The translations under genes were made by a program, and so were the position numbers. Of a stretch of DNA of 64,000 nt, positions 55,900-64,000 are shown piece by piece (the first letter of the stretch is position 1; each line of letters begins with the position of its first letter). Source of the DNA: the human T2T-CHM13v2.0 reference genome, Homo sapiens; assembly GCF_009914755.1 (NCBI RefSeq), contig NC_060937.1. The stretch is one strand, 5' to 3'. The notes beneath the pieces were generated by a model, which made no database searches, was not told the DNA's origin, and saw only the letters and a list, made by a program, of their open reading frames with translations.

Positions 55900-56530
55900 T
55901 TATTATTAATTTATAAACTTTATTTTTAGAGAACTTTTAGGTTGACAGTGAAATTTAATGAAAAATACAGAGTTCCCATGAACCCCACACTATAAAGATG
56001 CACAGCCTCTTCCACTATGGACAAACCTCAACCAGAGTAGTACACTTGTTAAAATTATGAACCTACATTGACACATCATTATCAACTAAGTCCATAGTTT
56101 ACATTAGGGTTGTACCACAGTTTAATTATTCATTCACCTGTTGAAAGACATCTTGGTTGCTGAGGCAAATGTCCATGTGGAGGCTTCTGTGTGGATACAA
56201 GCTTTCAGTTCATTTGGCTAAATATTAAGGATCATGATTTCTGGATAATATGTTTAGAATATGTTTAGTTGTGGGAATGTACCACTTTGCATTTCCACAA
56301 GCAATCAATGAAAGTTTCTGTCATTCCACATCTTCAGTAGCATTTGACACTATCTCTGTTTCAGGTTACGGCAATTCTAATACATGCATAGTGGTATCTT
56401 ATTGCTGTTTTAATTTCCAATTTCCTAATAATATATGACATTAAGTTTTTTTATAAACTTACTTGCAATCTGTGTATCTTTTTTAATGGAGTGTCTGTTG
56501 AGCTCTTTTGTTTATTTTTAATCAAGTTGT
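55900..56530 (-). mobile_element. L1MC-type 3' fragment
   Basis: TACAGAGTTCCCAT...GAACCTACATTGACACATCATTATCA...AGTCCATAGTTTACATTAGGGT. Confidence 0.7.
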
Positions 56531-56544
56531 TCATTTTCTTTTTA

Positions 56545-56930
56545 TTTTTTCTGGTTTTACTGAGATATAAAACTAAAAATTGTGTGTGTGTATATATATG
56601 TATATAATGTATCATGTGATGTTTTGATGTATAAAAACATTATGAAATGACTACCATAATCAAGCTACTTAACATATTCATCATCTCAGTAGTTATATTT
56701 TTTTGCATTGTGGGGGAGAAAGAGAACATTAACAACCTACTGCATTAGTGAGTTTCAAATTACAATACAGTATTATTAACTCTATTTCCCATGCAATACA
56801 TTAGATTCTCAGAACATATTCATCCTGCTTAAATAAAACTTTTTATCCTTCATCCAGAATCTCCCTATTGCCCCCACTCTCTAGCTCCGGCAACCATTAT
56901 TCTGAATTCAAATTTTTAAAATAACATATG
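56545..56930 (-). mobile_element. L1MA9/10-like 3' end
   Basis: GAAATGACTACCATAATCAAGCTA...TACAATACAGTATTATTAACT...GGCAACCATTATTCT. Confidence 0.65.
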
Positions 56931-57107
56931 ATCTACTGTTTTTTACTTTTTGACATAAACTTTAGAATAATGTTAGATATTACATTTTATAAATATCATT
57001 TAGTTGGGGCTTGCTGAGTGTTGTTTAAATGTATACTCACGGATTTTTCTTTTGTGTGCTTCTTCTGTTGTTTACTGAGATAGTTGCATTAAGAACACCA
57101 ACTACTT

Positions 57108-57856
<749 letters not shown>

Positions 57857-57879
57857 AAGAACACCAACTACTTTTGAAA

Positions 57880-60370
57880 TATTTCTGTCTATTCTTCAAG
57901 CTATTTTGCAGTTTTTCCTTTAAAAATCTTTAAACTATTTCATTGAGCATATACAAAATTAGGGTTGTTTTAGCTTCTTGATGTTTAACTTTTTAGCATT
58001 ATTAGATTGTTATCTCTAGAAATGCTTCTTCCTTTGAAGTATACATTCTCTAGTATTAATGTAGCTATATTGCTTCCTTTTTGTTAATGTTCTCACATTA
58101 CGCATGTTTTTATCCTTTGCTGTCAACCATTTTATTTATATTTAATATAGTTTTCTGTTATGCCAGCATATGGTTAGAATTTTGTTTCTCAGCTAGTTTG
58201 ACAATGTTTGCTTTTAATTGCAGAATATATCCCATTTACATTTTATGAAATGAAGGGATTTCGTATTTATATGTACCACTTTACCATTTCATGTTTTTGT
58301 ACTATTCTCTATTCTTTTGTAAGTATGTTATTTTTATGGAATACTACATGTTATAAAACAAATACATTTTTTCTTTTCTTCCTCTCTGTTAACTTGTTAA
58401 TTGAAACTACTTTTACTTATATTCAATGGTTATTGCACGCATTGCAATATTTGTTCTTGATTAGTAAAATGAAATCAGTATATGTCTAATTATTTCCAAA
58501 AAATTCAAAGACCTCATAATTTTTGCCTACATTTATATCCCCTCTTAGATTTCCCACTCTTTTTCTTGCGCTTTATATTTCTGCATATATTTTAAACCTC
58601 AAAAGATATTGCTATTATTGTTCTCAGTAGTCGACGTTATCTTAGATTTATTCACATATTTGCCATCTGTATTCCTTTTCATTCCTTTCTGCCTTACAGT
58701 TTCTATCTGGACTAATTTTATTTCTGCTTAAATAATATACTTTATAATTTCCAAGGGCAGAGCTCTGCTGGTGAATGTTTCACTGTTTTTGTTTTTGCCG
58801 AAAATATATTTGTTTACCTTCATTTTTGGAGAATATTTTCTGTACAAAATATTCTTGCTTGGCAGTTATTTTCTCTCAGCACTTTCAAGCAATGTTTTTA
58901 TTTTTTTCTTATCTCCACTATTTCTATTTGAAAATTAGCTACCATTCTTATTATTGCCTCTTTAAGGAAAATGTGTTTTCTTGTTTTTGCTTTTAAGATT
59001 TCTTTTTTTCCTTTTTTAGCAAAGTAACATAGGTGTGGTTTTATTTTGTATTTCTCCTGCCTCTGTGTGTGTGTGTATGTGTATGTGTGTGTGTGTGTGT
59101 GGTGTTTTGTTTCATATTGTTTTAGATCTCCTTGAAGTTGTGGATTCACATTAGGTTTTCATAAGTTTTAGAAAATTGTCCAGTTTTATTTTTTCAAGTA
59201 TTGTTTCTGACTCAAGTTTTCTCCCTTCCCTTGGGAGCTTCATTAGATCTTATCATCATGAATTGTATGTCTTTTGAATACTATTGTGTATTTAAAATCT
59301 ATTTCGGATGCATCAGTTCAGACAGTTTATCTTGCTCTAACTTTCAGTGTATTTGCTCTTTTTAATGCTGTGACTACACTATTTTTAAACCAATCTTTTA
59401 AATTCATAATATGTTATTGAATTATTCAGTTCTAAACCTCCCATCTAATTGATTTTTGTTTTTCTTTGCTGAAATTCCATTTTTGTCAATATTCTTTAAT
59501 ATTTAAATCACAGTAATTTTAAACTTCGTCTCCAGTAACTCTAATATCTTTATTGGTTGTGGGTATGAATTACTATCTTATGCATTTCTTTCGGTTTTTG
59601 TTCATTTGGACCTCTTTCTAACCACTATTTGTTTTTGAATTAAATTCTTTAAACGTATATATGGAAAATTATATAGTGTGTGCAGGGTATTATTTTTCTC
59701 TGCAGAAGATCTACCTATTTTCACCACCTTGCACAGAACAAGAAATACATACCTGGTTTGTGCTTACATCTAGAGTTTAACCTTTTCAAGTCTCCCAAGT
59801 GAAATCCTAGGGTATGTACAAAGGTCCTTCCTCTTGTGTTGAGGGGTTCCTAAGCTCTGTATTTGTCTCTCCTGAGTGGTGAGACTGTTGAATCCACGCT
59901 TCGCTTTGTAGTTTCTGAGCAGCTGTTTTTATGCTTTCTTTATCTGAGTCATCACCTGTACTGGAACAGTGTAAAAGTTGAATAATGTCTTACAGCAATA
60001 CTGTACTCACACTGTGTGGGTCATTTCTCTGTGGTTTTCCTTTCTCTTAGGATATTGCCCTCATTCTTGGTTGTTCAGAAGTCATACATTTTAGTGACTG
60101 TTTTCTCAGCCAAGGGAATGCTGCAAGTCCTGGATTGCTACTCTCAGTTTGCCCCTATGTCTCGCACCTAGAATTGAATAAAGGCTCAAAAAGAAAAAGC
60201 AGCAGTAAATGCAGGGCTCACCTCAATGCATGACCCTGTCCTATAGGATTGTGGCTCTGGAGTTCTGGCAGCCTTTGTTGTTTTATAAATGCCTTCAGTG
60301 ATTTTTAAATATTTTATTCATCTTTTGTAGTTCTGTTCATCTGGCATCTGTCTCATGCCAGGTACACCCT
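57880..60370 (-). mobile_element. Highly degenerate old L1M (inter-ORF/ORF1/5' region)
   Basis: T-rich plus strand with L1-like motifs (TTCATTTTTGGAGAATATTTTC, TTTTCTCTCAGCACTTT); continues the old L1 around 55510-57090. Boundaries approximate. Confidence 0.55.
59064..59100. repeat. Interrupted (TG)n microsatellite
   Basis: TG run with two TA interruptions. Confidence 0.9.
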
Positions 60371-60419
60371 GCTGAAATGGGTTTTTGTTGTCAACATCAG
60401 CTTTTCCATTTTAATCATT

Positions 60420-60660
60420 TATACATGTTTTATATATGAATGTGTTTGTGTGAATATATATGTACATTATTGTGCATAAATTATATATAAAGTATATACA
60501 TTTCTATTCATGTATCGTATGTATATTATATATTCATATATAATACATAAATTATTTATATATTATACATGAATGACAGATGATACAAAATATATATATT
60601 ATATTATGTATAATTTACATGAATTTTTAGTACATAGTTCCTATTTTAAATTATAACATA
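60420..60660. repeat. AT-rich low-complexity (TA)n-like tract
   Basis: Degenerate TATA/TACA repeats. Confidence 0.7.
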
Positions 60661-62689
60661 GAATAATCAAATTTTAGATGTAAATATGGACTAAGGGCTC
60701 TTTCCAATCAATTTCAAGTACATTTCTATTCCATATATCTATTAATTTAATAAGAATCTAGGGGGTTATTGCTGTTGTTTTTGTTTAATAGCACTATACT
60801 CAAATTTATATTTATATTTAAAAAAAGTTTTGCATGCATTATTAAAATAGTAACTGAATGTAAAGTACAATTATAATAATGAAGATTTTCTACTTTGACA
60901 AAATGAACTTTCAAAAATTTGACTTTGATTTAATAAATTCCATTAAAAATTCAAAACATTTATTAGTATTTATTCTTACTGATTTTCATTCTGAATTCTC
61001 TGATAATATTGATGTAAAACTAGTCATTTGTGGAAGGTTTCTGATAATAAAGTCAATACATAATTATTGCTTCACTTTGCATGTATGTGCCAAATACTTG
61101 CAAAAATGAGCAATATTAATATGGAAGTATAATTGTGAGATTTAGATAAAAGTATTTCTAACTACATATAGAATAGATAACCATTATATTTCTGTGACAG
61201 GGTTCACAGAAATAGAAATGTACTTTCTATAATTGTACCTTGTGAAAGCATCACTTTTGGGCACATTTTCTTTAAATACATTTTTTACTTTTGAAGTAAA
61301 TGATGGCATTTCTTAATTAGTCTGGTGTTATTTGGTTTTCATCTTGTCAGAATTATTGGTACAACCCCTAACATGAATAACTTTCTCAAAGATTTTGTTT
61401 CTAGTTACAAATTCATGAAAAATGTCCAAAGTAAATTAAAGTCAGTAGTTAAATGTTATGTTAAATTTTATTATTTCTTTTAGTTAAACTCTGTGGGCTT
61501 TTTGCTGATAAATGTGATTATTGCCTAAAAAGATACAAAGAAATAATAAATTACATAAATAGATTTAGATTTACATTATGCAATACAATACTAATCCACT
61601 CTTTTAAATGTTTGCATATACTTTATGTACTCCACATAATGCTGTTCCACTAAGATTTCCTGCACAAATTTGCTTTCCCCTAGCCTATAATCTTCCTGCA
61701 TTTTCAGTGACCTCACTGACTGGAAACTGGGCACCTCGTTCCTTCTCACAAGGTAAGGAACAGTCTTATCAAAGTAATTATAAACTTTGTTTCTGAAAAA
61801 TTGAATATATGTATTAGTTGTGGGAATGAATTGCTATCTTACTCATTTCTTCTGGGTTTTTTCATTTTGATCCTCTTTCTTGCCATGCCTTGTTTTTTAT
61901 AAAATTAAAACCAGATTCCTGACAGAGAAAGCAGCATCCTACTTCTATGACCCCAGGCAACAACCCGGAGTAGCTAGCTTTCCCTGCAGACTCATGTTTT
62001 ATCAGTAAGCACCCTGCAGACTACACATGCAAATGAGATGTTAGCTATGATAGCTTCTGGGGAAGATGTTAGCTTCTTGGGGAGGTCAATAAAAGAAAGA
62101 CAGGTTTGATCTCCTTTGCTTCAGATTTAGTGATGCATTATTGTGGTAAATCTTTTCGTTTCACATGCATCCACTAATACATGACACTTCGTCAGAGACT
62201 CAAAGTCCAATTGGGAGGTATAGCAAATCCTCCAGCTTGTGTTAATGAAAATATAAATAAAACATTTTTAAAATAAAAACATTTAATATATATTAAACTG
62301 GAGGTAAAAGGGACTTTGAGTATAAGCCAGGATCTTCCCAGGCAAGTCATGATGTGTGACTTGTTCATGATACATAGGTAAAGTGTGATTATTTGAGAAA
62401 TATTAAACATCATTGTTCCAGATCGAGGTGAAAACATAGACTATCTAGTTATCAGCATTAGCATACAATATAAACAATAGGCATTTTAAACAATGGATTA
62501 TTTCAAAATATCAATTTGGCAGCTATATGGAATCCTCCACATTGCTTATTGAAAATATTAGTAAAAGTCTTATAGGGAAATATATTTACATCAACCAATG
62601 CATCAAAATCAATGTGATACTTTTATTTCAAAAGATATTATAAATAATATATGTGTTTCACTCTGCCCTATAGCAAAAAACTGCTAGCA

Positions 62690-63125
62690 ATGTAAAAAGG
62701 GATACTTTGCAAAGAGTTTAATGAGTGAAATAGATACACAGGAACAAGCAAAGTGTAGTGAAACCACAATAAATAGTGCAATGCCTTCTGGTTGGTAAAA
62801 ATAGGTGTCTTTATGGTGCAGGCCAAAAGGGGCCAAGGGTTGAAGAAGAGAGAGGAATCCAGAAAAAGAGCTGCATGAGGAGGCAGCCAGCCAGGAGCTG
62901 TTTATTTTGGTCCAGGGACACGTCCAGGACATGAAAAAAATGATGGCTAACATTTACCTTGACCTCACTCTATTCCCTCCTACTGATCTCCCTCTGGGGA
63001 TGCCTATTGGCAGCTATTACCTGGAAGACAGAGAGCAACAATCCAGCCAGCATCCTGGGGACAAGGAGAGGGATGAACAAGGATAAGGAATAGCTCTGAA
63101 GAGAAAAACAAAAGATAACCAGCAC
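62690..63125 (-). mobile_element. ERVL LTR, LTR33/LTR41-like
   Basis: CCTTGACCTCACTCT..CCCTCC..CTGATCTCC...CTATTGGC...GGAAGACAGAG...AAGATAACCAGCAC resembles the reverse of the recalled LTR33 5' end. Confidence 0.55.
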
Positions 63126-63471
63126 GATGTTGTTTCTTTCTTTTACATCACGAAAATATATAATTGAATTTACTTTGATTTCTGTCTCTGCTGCCAGAAA
63201 AATCTAATTTAAATTATATATTTCTTTTATTAATTTATATCAAGTACTGTCTTTGAAAAGCATTCTCAATTCATTTGAAGAATTAGGATAGAAATATTGA
63301 ACTAAAAAAATGAATAATTGAAAATTAATATTTTAATTTTTTAACATTATCTTGTAGACATTTTTCTTAATCATTATCCTTGCGGTATGTACAGTGACTA
63401 AGAAAACAAAGAGCATTTCTTGACTTTCAGAAGGTGACCCAGCACTCATTGTAGGCCATGTTGTTCTCTTA

Positions 63472-63956
63472 TGTAACAATTCCACAAAATTTCAACCTCA
63501 GACCAATCCTAAATCCATGATAAAATGAGACAAAGCAAGGCTACTTCATGAGTTTGTCTAAGTAGAACAAAATCTAGGTTGCTCCTCAGCCCACAAAATA
63601 ACAGTATTTCCATTCTTTTGCTAAACTAGTGACAGCTACTTCTTTTTTAACCAATCATAAAATTGCCCCTGCTTTCCTTTCACGTCAACCAGCATATTAA
63701 AATCAATGTGAAATTCTTATTTTGAAATACATAAAATATATTCAAACTAGCAGAAAACCTTGCTTCCTTGGACCTTCTGCCAAATCACCCAAACTAAGTC
63801 CAAATCCTATAAAAGATTATTTATTTTTTAACCATCTTATTGTGACACCCAACAATTCCCTATAGTAAGCAGTCATACTCACTTCAAAGAGTAATAAATC
63901 CATTTTTTTAAACTACAGCTGTGTTCTTGGTGGTCTTTGGCTAAAGGGCATTAATA
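63472..63956 (+). mobile_element. MER67-like LTR (ERV1)
   Basis: TGTAAC start, AAATGAGACAAAGCAAGG, CCAAATCACCCAA..AAGTCCAAATCCTATAA, AATAAA, ends GGTGGTCTTTGGCT..AGGGCATTAATA. Confidence 0.65.
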
Positions 63957-64000
63957 ATAGCTACTCCTGTAGAGAAACTCCTCTGCACCGTAAGCATTAC

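Overview
Primate (human-like) AT-rich, CpG-poor non-coding DNA, either a gene desert or a deep intron. I find no credible protein-coding gene, rRNA, tRNA, CRISPR array or multi-gene system. The ORFs in the track are Alu-, L1- or LTR-derived, or short chance ORFs. A large share of the window is interspersed repeat: nine Alu dimers and a FLAM monomer; several L1s, including two twin-primed 5'-inverted copies (one a young L1PA2-like insertion with a perfect 17-bp TSD); solo LTRs (MER4A1, LTR8, MER21, MER11, three THE1, MSTA, MLT1, MLT2, LTR33-like, MER67-like, and possibly Gypsy-type LTR81); DNA transposon fossils (Tigger3, MER2, MER5); and MIR/L2 pieces. The most unusual element is a 78-nt, TSD-flanked, poly(A)-tailed retrocopy at 5160-5262 (-) that looks like the Alu-derived ASR/CAS (snaR-ancestor) small-RNA family. 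Other signals worth checking are a degenerate ~54-bp TAAATCA-anchored tandem repeat, a direct/inverted/direct templated duplication, two dispersed local duplications and a close inverted AluY pair. TSDs and repeat units were read directly from the sequence. Family and subfamily names come from my recall of consensus sequences and need RepeatMasker/Dfam confirmation.
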